64,000 nt of DNA, from assembly GCA_965655095.1 (NCBI GenBank), contig OZ296656.1, positions 38,812,001-38,876,000 on the forward strand. The letters are read 5' to 3'. Every line of letters begins with the position of its first letter. Position 1 is the first letter of the stretch. Under the pieces are notes generated by a model. That model was not told the origin of the DNA. It was given only the letters and a program-made list of their open reading frames with translations, and did not search any database. The position numbers were made by a program, and so were the translations under genes. The DNA is from Haplodiscus bocki (taxonomy: Eukaryota). Below, in pieces: positions 12,801 through 27,800 of this stretch.

Positions 12801-15800
12801 AGATTTCTGTAATGGTTTGAAAAAATGTTCTCCGGACATTCAGTTCTTATTTCATCCTTAGGACAACGACGTTTATCAGTTTGTACAAAGAAAGTTTCTG
12901 ACAATGGTACTATCAAACATAACTTCATCAATTGTTTTCTCAACAACTGGTTTATCTCGGTTGATTGTATGATGTGCTTTGATTATTTTTATTGGACTCT
13001 TAACAATTCTTTTGGACCTGTTTATGCTTGGGAAGCTAAATCGGCTGCGTGCTTTTTCTGATCGCTGTACTTGAATCAAACGAGAAAACGAAGAAGGCCC
13101 TATTGGATTCTTTATAGTCAATTTTTGGCTCTCCATTTGGTATTATAGTTGGAACGTATAGCTGTAAATTTTATATTGTCATTTCAGTTGTGTCGGATGT
13201 CGTCCTTTGTGAATTTTTTTTCAGATCGTTTTTTTTTAAAACCCGAAATAATTCCTGATCATTTACTTATTTTTTAATATGTTTTGCAGAGCCATAAATT
13301 GTTTTTCAAGAGTATGTTCTCTAACTCTTCTTCCCTCAATACTTTCTATGGTAGGAGTTTTGAATAAAATTTTCCAGAGGAAGTCCTTAGATTTTGCGCG
13401 TTGTGCCCATTTCTGCTAGAATCAAACGCTGATCGTTCTGAGTTTGGGTTGCCTTTTTGGCAGCCAATAAGGTGGTTGTTGTTATCCATTGAAGGTTTCA
13501 AAACCGTTTTGTAAACCCCGTTCTCTGGAGTTTAATACACCTGTGCAAGTAGAAACAAGACCAACAAGTTCTTTTATTCTGTTAACGACCCAACTATTAA
13601 ATAAGTCGATGGTCTTTTGAAACGGAGAGCGAACTCAATTTTGATAAGTCCTATGGTGGAGTTGTTATCGAAATTTGAGACATCATCACGTCTAACATTT
13701 ACATCGAAATAGAAATGGGCGTTCGCGGTTTGTTTAATTAATGTTTTCACCAAATAGACTTTCAAGACTCTGAATGTCTCCATTTAAATCAACTCCTCTC
13801 TGATGATTTTTCTTTGCAAAGTGTCTTTTCAGGAATCTATTGTTCTTGTTTAATTCATTAGTCAATGTGTTGGTTAGCCTGAAATCTTCTATGCTCCTTA
13901 AGAGCTTTTTATTTATCGTCATAGTTTTTCAAAAAACAGCATGAATAGTTCAATTGTGTAGTTATAGCAGAACATTGACTTTCAGAGCTGGTTTGAAAGT
14001 CGTTTGTTGGGAGAGTTTCCAAGTGAATCAAATTACAAAGTTTTTTACATCCTATGAAAAAAATTGTCGAACGAGTTCCACCACGTCACCGATCATCAAC
14101 AACAACTATACTCTTTTTTTGGAGATTGTTCTGCGACCTGAGAAAAGTAAAGACCCTTGATAAAAGAGTATTTCATTTATTTTCCTCGGTTTTTAAATAC
14201 AATAATTTCATGATATTTAGATTGTATTTTTGCGTTTGTCAATGATTTATCTTTTAAACTGAGTTTATACAAAAAAAATCATGGTCACCTTAAAGTAAGC
14301 CATTTAAGGAATGTAAAATTGTCACAAGTTGCGTAGCAACTAGATAAATCACACTCAGACTTCATTTGAAACCCTTCAAGTTTTACGACTCTAAGATCGG
14401 TTTTCTGATTTCCATGTGGTATCAGCTCAAATTTTCTAAGTTTGAAATGTGTTGAAGTAAATCGAATCCTAAATGGATCTATTTTAATTTTTTCAAGAAA
14501 TTGATACTTCGCAGGATTAATGATGGAAATCCTAAATCTCTAAATTGATAAATGTTTTTGGTTTCCACACCCGTGGAATCAGCAAAATGTTTTGAAACAG
14601 CTTCTCCAATTCCTTTTTGATAGAACAGTTTCAGATCTCTGTAATGGTTTGAAAAATTATTCTCCGGACATTCAGTTCCTATTTTATCCTTAGGACAACG
14701 ACGTTAATCAGTTTGTACAAAGAAAGTTTCTGACAATCGTACTATCAAACATAACGTTATCAATCTTATTCTCAACAACTGGTTTATCTCGGTTGATTGT
14801 ATGATGTGCTTTGATTAGTTTTATTGGACTGTTAACAATTCTTTTGGACCTGTTTATGCTTGGAAAGCTAAATCGGGCTGCGTGCTTTTTCTGATCGCTG
14901 TACTTGAATCAAACGATAAAACGAAGAAGGCCCTATTGGATTTTTTATAGTCAAATTGTGGCTCTCCGTTTGGTATTATAGTTGGAACGTATAGCTGTAA
15001 ATTTTATATTGTCATTTCAGTTGGGTCGGATGTCGTCCTTTGTGAATTTTTTTTCAGATCGTTTTTTTTAAAACTCGAAATAATTCCTGATCATTTACTT
15101 ATTTTTTAATATGTTTTGCAGAGCCATAAATTGTTTTTCAAGAGTATGTTCTCTAACTCTTCTTCCCTCAATACTTTCTATGGTATGAGTTTTGAATAAA
15201 ATTTTCTAGAGGAATTCCTTAGACTTTGCGCGTTGTGCCCATTTCTGCTAGAATCAAACGCTGATCGTTCTGAGTCTGGGTTGCCTTTTTGGCAGCCAAT
15301 AAGGTGGTTGTTGTTATCCATTGAAGGTTTCAAAACCGTTTTGTAAACCCTGTTCTCTGGAGTTTAATACACCTGTGCAAGTAGAAATAAGACCAACAAG
15401 TTCTTTTATTCTGTTAACGAACCAACTATTAAATAAGTCGATGGTCTTTTGAAACGGAGAGCGAACTCAATTTTGATAAGTCCTATGGTGGAGTTGTTAT
15501 CGAAATTTGAGACATCATCACGTCTAACATTTACATCGAAATAGAAATGGGCGTTCGCGGTTTGCTTAAATTAATGTTTTCACCAAATAGACTTTCAAGA
15601 CTCTGAATGTCTCCATTTAAATCAACTCCTCTCTGATGATTTTTCTTTGCAAAGTGTCTTTTCAGAAATCTATTGTTCTTGTTTAATTCATTAGTCAATG
15701 TGTTGGTTAGCCTGAAATCTTCTATGCTCCTTAAGAGCTTTTTATTTATCGTCATAGTTTTTCAAAAAACAGCATGAATAGTTCAATTGTGTAGTTATAG

Positions 15801-18800
15801 CAGAACATTGACTTTCAGAGCTGGTTTGAAAGTCGTTTGTTGGGAGAGTTTCCAAGTGAATCAAAATACAAAGTTTTTTACGTCCTATGAAAAAAATTGT
15901 CGAACGAGTTCCACCACGTCACCGATCATCAACAACAACTATACCCTATTTTGGAGATTGTTCTGCGGCCTGAGAAAAGTAAAGACCCTTGATAAAAGAG
16001 TATTTCAGATATTTTCCTCGGTTTTTAAATACAATGATTTATTGTTATTTAGATTGTATTTTTGCGTTTGTCAATGATTTATCTTTTAAACTGAGTTTAT
16101 ACAAAAAAAATCATGGTCACCTTAAAGTAAGCCATTTAAGGAATGTAAAATTGTCACAAGTTGCGTAGCAACTAGATAAATCACACTCAGACTTCATTTG
16201 AAACCCTTCAAGTTTTACGACTCTAAGATCGGTTTTCTGATTTCCATGTGGTATCAGCTCAAATTTTCTAAGTTTGAAATGTGTTGAAGTAAACCGAATC
16301 CTAAATGGATCTATTTTAATTTTTTCAAGAAATTGATACTTCGCAGGATTAATGATGGAAATCCTAAATCTCTAAATTGATAAATGTTTTTGGTTTCCAC
16401 ACCCGTGGAATCAGCAAAATGTTTTGAAACAGCTTCTCCAATTCCTTTTTGATAGAACAGTTTCAGATCTCTGTAATGGTTTGAAAAATTATTCTCCGGA
16501 CATTCAGTTCCTATTTTATCCTTAGGACAACGACGTTAATCAGTTTGTACAAAGAAAGTTTCTGACAATCGTACTATCAAACATAACGTTATCAATCTTA
16601 TTCTCAACAACTGGTTTATCCCGGTTGATTGTATGATGTGCTTTGATTATTTTTATTGGACTGTTAACAATTCTTTTGGACATGTTTATGCTTGGAAAGC
16701 TAAATCGGGCTGCGTGCTTTTTCTGATCGCTGTACTTGAATCAAACGAGAAAACGAAGAAGGCCCTATTGGATTTTTTGTAGTCAAATTGTGGCTCTCCG
16801 TTTGGTATTATAGTTGGAACGTATAGCTGTAAATTATATATTGTCATTTCAGTTGGGTCGGATGTCGTCCTTTGTGAATTTTTTTTCAGATCGTTTTTTT
16901 TTAAAACTCGAAACAATTCCTGATCATTTACTTATTTTTTAATATGTTTTGCAGAGCCATAAATTGTTTTTCAAGAGTATGTTCTCTAACTCTTCTTCCC
17001 TCAATACTTTCTATGGTATGAGTTTTGAATAAAATTTTCCAGAGGAAGTCCTTAGATTTTGCGCGTTGTGCCCAATTCTGCTAGAATCAAACGCTGATCG
17101 TTCTGAGTCTGGGTTGCCTTTTTGGCAGCCAATAATGTGGTTGTTGTTATGCATTGAAGGCTTCAAAACCGTTATGTATACCCCGGTCTCTGGAGTTTAA
17201 TAAACCTGTACAAGTAGATATAAGACCAACAAGTTTTTTTATTTTGTTAACTACCCAACTAATACGTGAGTCGATGGTTTTTTGAAACGGAGAGCGAACT
17301 CAATTTTGATAAGTCCTATGGTGGAGTTGTTATCGAAATTTGAGACATCATCACGTCTAACATTTACATCGAAATAGAAATGGGCGTTCGCGGTTTGCTT
17401 AAATTAATGTTTTCACCAAATAGACTTTCCAGACTCTGAATGTCTCCATTTAAATCAACTCATCTCTGATGATTTTTCTTTGCAAAGTGTCTTTTCAGAA
17501 ATCTATTGTTCTTGTTTAATTCATTAGTCAATGTGTTGGTTAGCCTGAAGTCTTCTATGCTCCTTAAGAGATTTTTATTTATCGTCATAGTTTTTCAAAA
17601 AACAGCATGAATAGTTCAATTGTGTAGTTATAGCAGAACATTGACCTTGAGAGCTGGTTTGAAAGTTGTTTGTTGGGAGAGTCTCCGAGTGAATCAAATT
17701 ACAAAGTTTTTTACATCCTATGAAAAAAATTGTCGAACGAGTTCCACCACGTCACCGATCATCAACAACAACTATACCCTTTTTTGGAGATTGTTCTGCG
17801 GCCTGAGAAAAGTAAAGACCCTTGATAAAAGAGTATTTCAGATATTTTACTCGGTTTTTAAATACAATGATTTCATCTTATTCAGATTGTGTTTCTGCGT
17901 TTGTCGTTGATTTATCTTTTAAACTGAGTTTATACAAAAAAAATTATGTTCACCTTAAAGTAAGGCATTTAAGGAATGTAAATTTGTCACAAGTTGCGTA
18001 GCAACTAGATAAATCACACTCAGACTTCATTTGGAACCCTTCAAGTTTTACGACTCTAAGATCGGTTTTCTGATTTCCCTGTGGTATCAGCTCAAATTTT
18101 CTAAGTTTGAAATGTGTTGAAGTAAATCGAATCCTAAATGGATCTTTTTTAATTTTTTCAAGAAATTGATACTTTGCAGGATTAATGATGGAAATCCTAA
18201 ATCTCTAAATTGATAAATGTTTTTGGTTTCCACACCCGTGGAATCAACAAAACGTTTTGAAACAGCTTCTCCAATTCCTTTTTGATAGAACACTTTCAGA
18301 TCTCTGTAATGGTTTGAAAAAATGTTCTCCGGACATTCAGTTCTTATTTCATCCTTAGGACAACGACGTTTATCAGTTTGTTCAAAGAAAGTTTCTGACA
18401 ATCGTACTATCAAACATAACGTTATCAATCTTATTCTCAACAACTGGTTTATCTCGGTTGATTGTATGATGTGCTTTGATTATTTTTATTGGACTGTTAA
18501 CAATTCTTTTGGACCTGTTTATGCTTGGAAAGCTAAATCGGGCTGCGTGCTTTTTCTGATCGCTGTACTTGAATCAAACGATAAAACGAAGAAGGCCCTA
18601 TTGGATTCTTTATAGTCAAATTGTGGCTCTTCGTCTGGTATAATAGTTGGAACGTGTAGTTGTAAAATATATACTGTCATTTTAGTTGGGTAGGATGTCG
18701 TCCTATTTGAAACTCTATTTAGATCGTTGGTTCTAAAACTCGAAATCTTTCCTGATCTTTTAATTATTTTTAATATGTTTTGCAGAGCCATAATTTGTTT

Positions 18801-21800
18801 TTCAAGAAGATGTTCTCTAACTATTCTTCCCTCAATACTTTCTATGGTATGAGTTTTGAATATTTTTTTCCGGAGGAAGTCCTTAGAATTTGCGTGTTGT
18901 GCTCATTTCTGCTAGAATCAAACGCTGATCGTTCTGAGTCTGGGTTGCCTTTTTGGCAGCCAATAAGGTGGTTGTTGTTATCCATCGAAGGTTTCAAAAC
19001 TGTTTTGTAAACCCCGTTCTCTGGAGTTTAATACACCTGTAGAAGTAGAAATAGGACCAACAAGTTCTTTCTTTTCTGTTAACGACCCAACTATTAAGTA
19101 AGTCGATGGTCTTTTGAAACGGAGAGCGAACTCAATTTTAATAAGTCCTATGGTGGAGTTGTTATCGAAATTTGAGACATAATCACGTCTAACCTTTACA
19201 TCGAAACAGAAATGGGTGTTCGCGGTTTGCCTAAATTAATGTTTTCACCAAATAGACTTTCAAGACTCTGATTGTCCCCATTTAAATCAACTCCTCTCTG
19301 ATGATTTTTCTTTGCAAAATGTCTTTTCAGAAATCTATTGTTCTTGTTTAATTCATTAGTCAATGTGTTCGTTAAACCGAAGTCTTCTATGCTCCTTAAG
19401 AGTTTTTTATTTATCGTCATAACTTTTCAAAAAACAGCATGAATAGTTCAATTGTGTAGTTATAGCAGAACATTGACTTTCAGAGTTGGTTTGAAAGTCG
19501 TTTGTTGGGAGAGTTTCCAAGTGAATCAAAATGCAAAGTTTTTTACATCCTATGAAAAAAATTGTCGAACGAGTTCCACCACGTCACCGATCATCAACAA
19601 CAACTATACTCTTTTTTGGAGATTGTTCTGCGACCTCAAAAAAGTAAAGACCCTTGATAAAAGAGTTTTTCAGTTATCTTCCTCGGTTTTTAAATACAAT
19701 GATTTCATGTTATTCAGATTGTGTTTCTGCGTTTGTCGTTGATTTATCTTTTAAACTGAGTTTATTGAAAAAAAAATATGTTCACCTTAAAGTAAGGCAT
19801 TTTGGGAATGTAAATTGGTCACAAGTTGCGTAGCAACTAGATAAATCACACTAAGACTTCATTTGGAACCCTTCAAGTTTCACGACTCTAAGATCGGTTT
19901 TCTGATTTCCATGTGGTACCATCTCAAATGTTCTATGTTTGAAATGTGTTGAACTAAATCAAATCCTAAATGGATCTTTTTTACTTTTTTCAAGAAATTG
20001 ATACTTCGCAGGATTAATGATGGAAATCCTAAATCTCTAAATTGATAAATGTTTTTGTTTTCCACACCCGTGGAATCAACAAAATGTTTTGAAACAGCTT
20101 CTCCAATTCCTTTTTGATAGAACATTTTCAGATCTCTGTAATGGTTTGAAAAATTGTTCTCCGGACATTCAGTCCTATTTCATCCTTAGGACAACGACGT
20201 TAATCAGTTTGTACAAAGAAAGTTTGTGACGATCGTACTATCAAACATAACGTTATCAATCTTATTCTCAACAACTGGTTTATCTCGGTTGATTGTATGA
20301 TGTGCTTTGATTATTTTTATTGGACTGTTAACAATTCTTTTGGACATGTTTATGCTTGGAAAGCTAAATCGGGCTGCGTGCTTTTTCTGATCGCTGTACT
20401 TGAATCAAACGATAAAACGAAGAAGGCCCTATTGGATTTTTTGTAGTCAAATTGTGGCTCTCCGTTTGGTATTATAGTTGAAACGTATAGTTGTAAATTA
20501 TATATTGTCATTTCAGTTTGGTCGGATGTCGTCCTTTATGAATTTTTTTTCAGATCGTTTTTTCTAAAACTTGAAAAAATTCCTGATCATTTACTTAATT
20601 TTTAATATGTGTTGCAGAGCCATAAAATGATTTTCAAGAGTATGTTCTCCAACCCTTCTTCCCTCAATACTTTCTATGGTATGAGTTTTGAATAATATTT
20701 TCCAGAGGAGGTCCTTAGATTTTGCGCGTTGTGCCCATTTCTGCTAGAATCAAACGCTGATTGTTCTGAGTCTGGGTTGCCTTTTTGGCAGCCAATAAGG
20801 GGGTTGTTGTTATCCATTGAAGGTTTCAAAACGGTTTTGTAAACCCCGTTCTCTGGAGTTTAATACACCTGTACAAGTAGAAATAAGACCAACAAGTTCT
20901 TTTTATTTTGTTAACGACCCAACTATTAAGTAAGTCGATGGTCTTTTCAAACGGAGAGCGAACTCAATTTTGATAAGTCCTATGGTCGAGTTGTTATCGA
21001 AATTTCAGACATCATCACGTCTAACAATTACATCGAAATAGAAACGGGCGTCCGCTGTTTGCTTAAATTAATGTTTTCACCAAATAGACTTTCAAGACTC
21101 TGAATGTCTCCATTTAAATCAACTCCTCTCTGATGATTTTTCTTTGCAAAGTGTCTTTTCAGAAATCTATTGTTCTTGTTTAATTCATTAGTCAATGTGT
21201 TGGTTAGCCTGAAGTCTTCTATGCTCCTTAAGAGATTTTTATTTATCGTCATAACTTTTCAAAAAACAGCATAACTAGTTCAATTGTGTATTTATAGGAC
21301 AACATTGACTTTCAGAGCTGGTTTGAAAGTCGTTTGTTGGGAGAGTTTCCAAGTGAATCAAATTACAAAGTTTTTTACATCCTATGAAAAAAATTGTCGA
21401 ACGAGTTCCACCACGTCACCGATCATCAACAACAACTATACTCTTTTTTTGGAGATTGTTCTGCGACCTGAGAAAAGTAAAGACCCTTGATAAAAGAGTA
21501 TTTCATTTATTTTCCTCGGTTTTTAAATACAATAATTTCATGATATTTAGATTGTATTTTTGCGTTTGTCATTGATTTATCTTTTAAACTGAGTTAATTG
21601 AAAAAAAAAATTATGTTCACCTTAAAGTAAGGCATTTAGGGAATATAAATTTGTCACAAGTTGCGTAGCAACTAGATAAATCACACTCAGACTTCAATTG
21701 GAACCCTTCAAGTTTTACGACTCTAAGATCGGTTTTCTGATTTCCATGTGGTATCAGCTCAAATTTTCTAAGTTTGAAATGTGTTGAAGTAAATCGAATC

Positions 21801-24800
21801 CTAAATGGATCTTTTTTAATTTTTTCAAGAAATTGATCCTTCACAGGATTAATAATGGAAATCCAAAATCTATAATTTGATAAAAATTTTTGGTTTCCAC
21901 ACCCGTGGAATCAACAAAATGTTTTGAAACAGCTTCTCCAATTCCTTTTTGATAGAACAGTTTCAGATTTCTGTAATGGTTTGAAAAAATGTTCTCCGGA
22001 CATTCAGTTCTTATTTCATCCTTAGGACAACGACGTTTATCAGTTTGTACAAAGAAAGTTTCTGACAATGGTACTATCAAACATAACTTCATCAATTGTT
22101 TTCTCAACAACTGGTTTATCTCGGTTGATTGTATGATGTGCTTTGATTATTTTTATTGGACTGTTAACAATTCTTTTGGACCTGTTTATGCTTGGGAAGC
22201 TAAATCGGCTGCGTGCTTTTTCTGATCGCTGTACTTGAATCAAACGAGAAAACGAAGAAGGCCCTATTGGATTCTTTATAGTCAATTTTTGGCTCTCCAT
22301 TTGGTATTATAGTTGGAACGTATAGCTGTAAATTTTATATTGTCATTTCAGTTGTGTCGGATGTCGTCCTTTGTGAATTTTTTTTCAGATCGTTTTTTTT
22401 AAAACCCGAAATAATTCCTGATCATTTACTTATTTTTTAATATGTTTTGCAGAGCCATAAATTGTTTTTCAAGAGTATGTTCTCTAACTCTTCTTCCCTC
22501 AATACTTTCTATGGTATGAGTTTTGAATAAAATTTTCCAGAGGAAGTCCTTAGATTTTGCGCGTTGTGCCCATTTCTGCTAGAATCAAACGCTGATCGTT
22601 CTGAGTTTGGGTTGCCTTTTTGGCAGCCAATAAGGTGGTTGTTGTTATCCATTGAAGGTTTCAAAACCGTTTTGTAAACCCCGTTCTCTGGAGTTTAATA
22701 CACCTGTGCAAGTAGAAACAAGACCAACAAGTTCTTTTATTCTGTTAACGACCCAACTATTAAATAAGTCGATGGTCTTTTGAAACGGAGAGCGAACTCA
22801 ATTTTGATAAGTCCTATGGTGGAGTTGTTATCGAAATTTGAGACATCATCACGTCTAACATTTACATCGAAATAGAAATGGGCGTTCGCGGTTTGCTTAA
22901 ATTAATGTTTTCACCAAATAGACTTTCAAGACTCTGAATGTCTCCATTTAAATCAACTCCTCTCTGATGATTTTTCTTTGCAAAGTGTCTTTTCAGGAAT
23001 CTATTGTTCTTGTTTAATTCATTAGTCAATGTGTTGGTTAGCCTGAAATCTTCTATGCTCCTTAAGAGCTTTTTATTTATCGTCATAGTTTTTCAAAAAA
23101 CAGCATGAATAGTTCAATTGTGTAGTTATAGCAGAACATTGACTTTCAGAGCTGGTTTGAAAGTCGTTTGTTGGGAGAGCTTCCAAGTGAATCAAAATAC
23201 AAAGTTTTTTACGTCCTATGAAAAAAATTGTCGAACGAGTTCCACCACGTCACCGATCATCAACAACAACTATACCCTATTTTGGAGATTGTTCTGCGGC
23301 CTGAGAAAAGTAAAGACCCTTGATAAAAGAGTATTTCAGATATGTTCCTCGGTTTTTAAATACAATGATTTCTTGATATTTAGATTGTATTTTTGCGTTT
23401 GTCATTGATTTATCTTTTAAACTGAGTTAATTGAAAAAAAAATTATGTTCACCTTAAAGTAAAGCATTTAGGGAATGTAAATTTGTCACAAGTTGCGTAG
23501 CAACTAGATAAATCACACTCAGACTTCATTTGGAACCCTTCAAGTTTTACGACTCTAAGATCGGTTTTCTGATTTCCATGTGGTATCAGCTCAAATTTTC
23601 TAAGTTTGAAATGTGTTGAAGTAAATCGAATCCTAAATGGATCTTTTTTAATTTTTTCAAGAAATTGATCCTTCACAGGATTAATAATGGAAATCCAAAA
23701 TCTATAATTTGATAAAAATTTTTGGTTTCCACACCCGTGGAATCAACAAAATGTTTTGAAACAGCTTCTCCAATTCCTTTTTGATAGAACAGTTTCAGAT
23801 CTCTGTAATGGTTTGAAAAAATGTTCTCCGGACATTCAGTTCTTATTTCATCCTTAGGACAACGACGTTTATCAGTTTGTACAAAGAAAGTTTCTGACAA
23901 TGGTACTATCAAACATAACTTCATCAATTGTTTTCTCAACAACTGGTTTATCTCGGTTGATTGTATGATGATGTGCTTTGATTAATTTTATTGGACTGTT
24001 AACAATTCTTTTGGACCTGTTTATGCTTGGGAAGCTAAATCGGCTGCGTGCTTTTTCTGATCGCTGTACTTGAATCAAACGAGAAAACGAAGAAGGCCCT
24101 ATTGGATTTTTTATAGTCAAATTGTGGCTCTCCGTTTGGTATTATAGTTGGAACGTATAGCTGTAAATTTTATATTGTCATTTCATTTGGGTCGGATGTC
24201 GTCCTTTGTGAATTTTTTTTCAGATCGTTTTTTTTTAAAACTCGAAATAATTCCTGATCATTTACTTATTTTTTAATATGTTTTGCAGAGCCATAAATTG
24301 TTTTTCAAGAGTATGTTCTCTAACTCTTCTTCCCTCAATACTTTCTATGGTATGAGTTTTGAATAAAATTTTCTAGAGGAAGTCCTTAGACTTTGCGCGT
24401 TGTGCCCATTTCTGCTAGAATCAAACGCTGATCGTTCTGAGTCTGGGTTGCCTTTTTGGCAGCCAATAAGGTGGTTGTTGTTATCCATTGAAGGTTTCAA
24501 AACCGTTTTGTAAACCCCGTTCTCTGGAGTTTAATACACCTGTGCAAGTAGAAATAAGACCAACAAGTTCTTTTATTCTGTTAACGAACCAACTATTAAA
24601 TAAGTCGATGGTCTTTTGAAACGGAGAGCGAACTCAATTTTGATAAGTCCTATGGTGGAGTTGTTATCGAAATTTGAGATATCATCACGTCTAACATTTA
24701 CATCGAAATAGAAATGGGCGTTCGCGGTTTGCTTAAATTAATGTTTTCACCAAATAGACTTTCAAGACTCTGAATGTCTCCATTTAAATCAACTCCTCTC

Positions 24801-27800
24801 TGATGATTTTTCTTTGCAAAGTGTCTTTTCAGAAATCTATTGTTCTTGTTTAATTCATTAGTCAATGTGTTGGTTAGCCTGAAATCTTCTATGCTCCTTA
24901 AGAGCTTTTTATTTATCGTCATAGTTTTTCAAAAAACAGCATGAATAGTTCAATTGTGTAGTTATAGCAGAACATTGACTTTCAGAGCTGGTTTGAAAGT
25001 CGTTTGTTGGGAGAGTTTCCAAGTGAATCAAAATACAAAGTTTTTTACGTCCTATGAAAAAAATTGTCGAACGAGTTCCACCACGTCACCGATCATCAAC
25101 AACAACTATACCCTATTTTGGAGATTGTTCTGCGGCCTGAGAAAGGTAAAGACCCTTGATAAAAGAGTATTTCAGATATTTTCCTCGGTTTTTAGATACA
25201 ATGATTTATTGTTATTTAGATTGTATTTTTGCGTTTGTCAATGATTTATCTTTTAAACTGAGTTTATACAAAAAAAATCATGGTCACCTTAAAGTAAGCC
25301 ATTTAAGGAATGTAAAATTGTCACAAGTTGCGTAGCAACTAGATAAATCACACTCAGACTTCATTTGAAACCCTTCAAGTTTTACGACTCTAAGATCGGT
25401 TTTCTGATTTCCATGTGGTATCAGCTCAAATTTTCTAAGTTTGAAATGTGTTGAAGTAAATCGAATCCTAAATGGATCTATTTTAATTTTTTCAAGAAAT
25501 TGATACTTCGCAGGATTAATGATGGAAATCCTAAATCTCTAAATTGATAAATGTTTTTGGTTTCCACACCCGTGGAATCAGCAAAATGTTTTGAAACAGC
25601 TTCTCCAATTCCTTTTTGATAGAACAGTTTCAGATCTCTGTAATGGTTTGAAAAATTATTCTCCGGACATTCAGTTCCTATTTTATCCTTAGGACAACGA
25701 CGTTAATCAGTTTGTACAAAGAAAGTTTCTGACAATCGTACTATCAAACATAACGTTATCAATCTTATTCTCAACAACTGGTTTATCTCGGTTGATTGTA
25801 TGATGTGCTTTGATTATTTTTATTGGACTGTTAACAATTCTTTTGGACCTGTTTATGCTTGGAAAGCTAAATCGGGCTGCGTGCTTTTTCTGATCGCTGT
25901 ACTTGAATCAAACGATAAAACGAAGAAGGCCCTATTGGATTTTTTATAGTCAAATTGTGGCTCTCCGTTTGGTATTATAGTTGGAACGTATAGCTGTAAA
26001 TTTTATATTGTCATTTCAGTTGGGTCGGATGTCGTCCTTTGTGAATTTTTTTTCAGATCGTTTTTTTTAAAACTCGAAATAATTCCTGATCATTTACTTA
26101 TTTTTTAATATGTTTTGCAGAGCCATAAATTGTTTTTCAAGAGTATGTTCTCTAACTCTTCTTCCCTCAATACTTTCTATGGTATGAGTTTTGAATAAAA
26201 TTTTCTAGAGGAATTCCTTAGACTTTGCGCGTTGTGCCCATTTCTGCTAGAATCAAACGCTGATCGTTCTGAGTCTGGGTTGCCTTTTTGGCAGCCAATA
26301 AGGTGGTTGTTGTTATCCATTGAAGGTTTCAAAACCGTTTTGTAAACCCTGTTCTCTGGAGTTTAATACACCTGTGCAAGTAGAAATAAGACCAACAAGT
26401 TCTTTTATTCTGTTAACGAACCAACTATTAAATAAGTCGATGGTCTTTTGAAACGGAGAGCGAACTCAATTTTGATAAGTCCTATGGTGGAGTTGTTATC
26501 GAAATTTGAGACATCATCACGTCTAACATTTACATCGAAATAGAAATGGGCGTTCGCGGTTTGCTTAAATTAATGTTTTCACCAAATAGACTTTCAAGAC
26601 TCTGAATGTCTCCATTTAAATCAACTCCTCTCTGATGATTTTTCTTTGCAAAGTGTCTTTTCAGAAATCTATTGTTCTTGTTTAATTCATTAGTCAATGT
26701 GTTGGTTAGCCTGAAATCTTCTATGCTCCTTAAGAGCTTTTTATTTATCGTCATAGTTTTTCAAAAAACAGCATGAATAGTTCAATTGTGTAGTTATAGC
26801 AGAACATTGACTTTCAGAGCTGGTTTGAAAGTCGTTTGTTGGGAGAGTTTCCAAGTGAATCAAAATACAAAGTTTTTTACGTCCTATGAAAAAAATTGTC
26901 GAACGAGTTCCACCACGTCACCGATCATCAACAACAACTATACCCTATTTTGGAGATTGTTCTGCGGCCTGAGAAAAGTAAAGACCCTTGATAAAAGAGT
27001 ATTTCAGATATTTTCCTCGGTTTTTAAATACAATGATTTATTGTTATTTAGATTGTATTTTTGCGTTTGTCAATGATTTATCTTTTAAACTGAGTTTATA
27101 CAAAAAAAATCATGGTCACCTTAAAGTAAGCCATTTAAGGAATGTAAAATTGTCACAAGTTGCGTAGCAACTAGATAAATCACACTCAGGCTTCATTTGA
27201 AACCCTTCAAGTTTTACGACTCTAAGATCGGTTTTCTGATTTCCATGTGGTATCAGCTCAAATTTTCTAAGTTTGAAATGTGTTGAAGTAAATCGAATCC
27301 TAAATGGATCTATTTTAATTTTTTCAAGAAATTGATACTTCGCAGGATTAATGATGGAAATCCTAAATCTCTAAATTGATAAATGTTTTTGGTTTCCACA
27401 CCCGTGGAATCAGCAAAATGTTTTGAAACAGCTTCTCCAATTCCTTTTTGATAGAACAGTTTCAGATCTCTGTAATGGTTTGAAAAATTATTCTCCGGAC
27501 ATTCAGTTCCTATTTTATCCTTAGGACAACGACGTTAATCAGTTTGTACAAAGAAAGTTTCTGACAATCGTACTATCAAACATAACGTTATCAATCTTAT
27601 TCTCAACAACTGGTTTATCCCGGTTGATTGTATGATGTGCTTTGATTATTTTTATTGGACTGTTAACAATTCTTTTGGACATGTTTATGCTTGGAAAGCT
27701 AAATCGGGCTGCGTGCTTTTTCTGATCGCTGTACTTGAATCAAACGAGAAAACGAAGAAGGCCCTATTGGATTTTTTGTAGTCAAATTGTGGCTCTCCGT

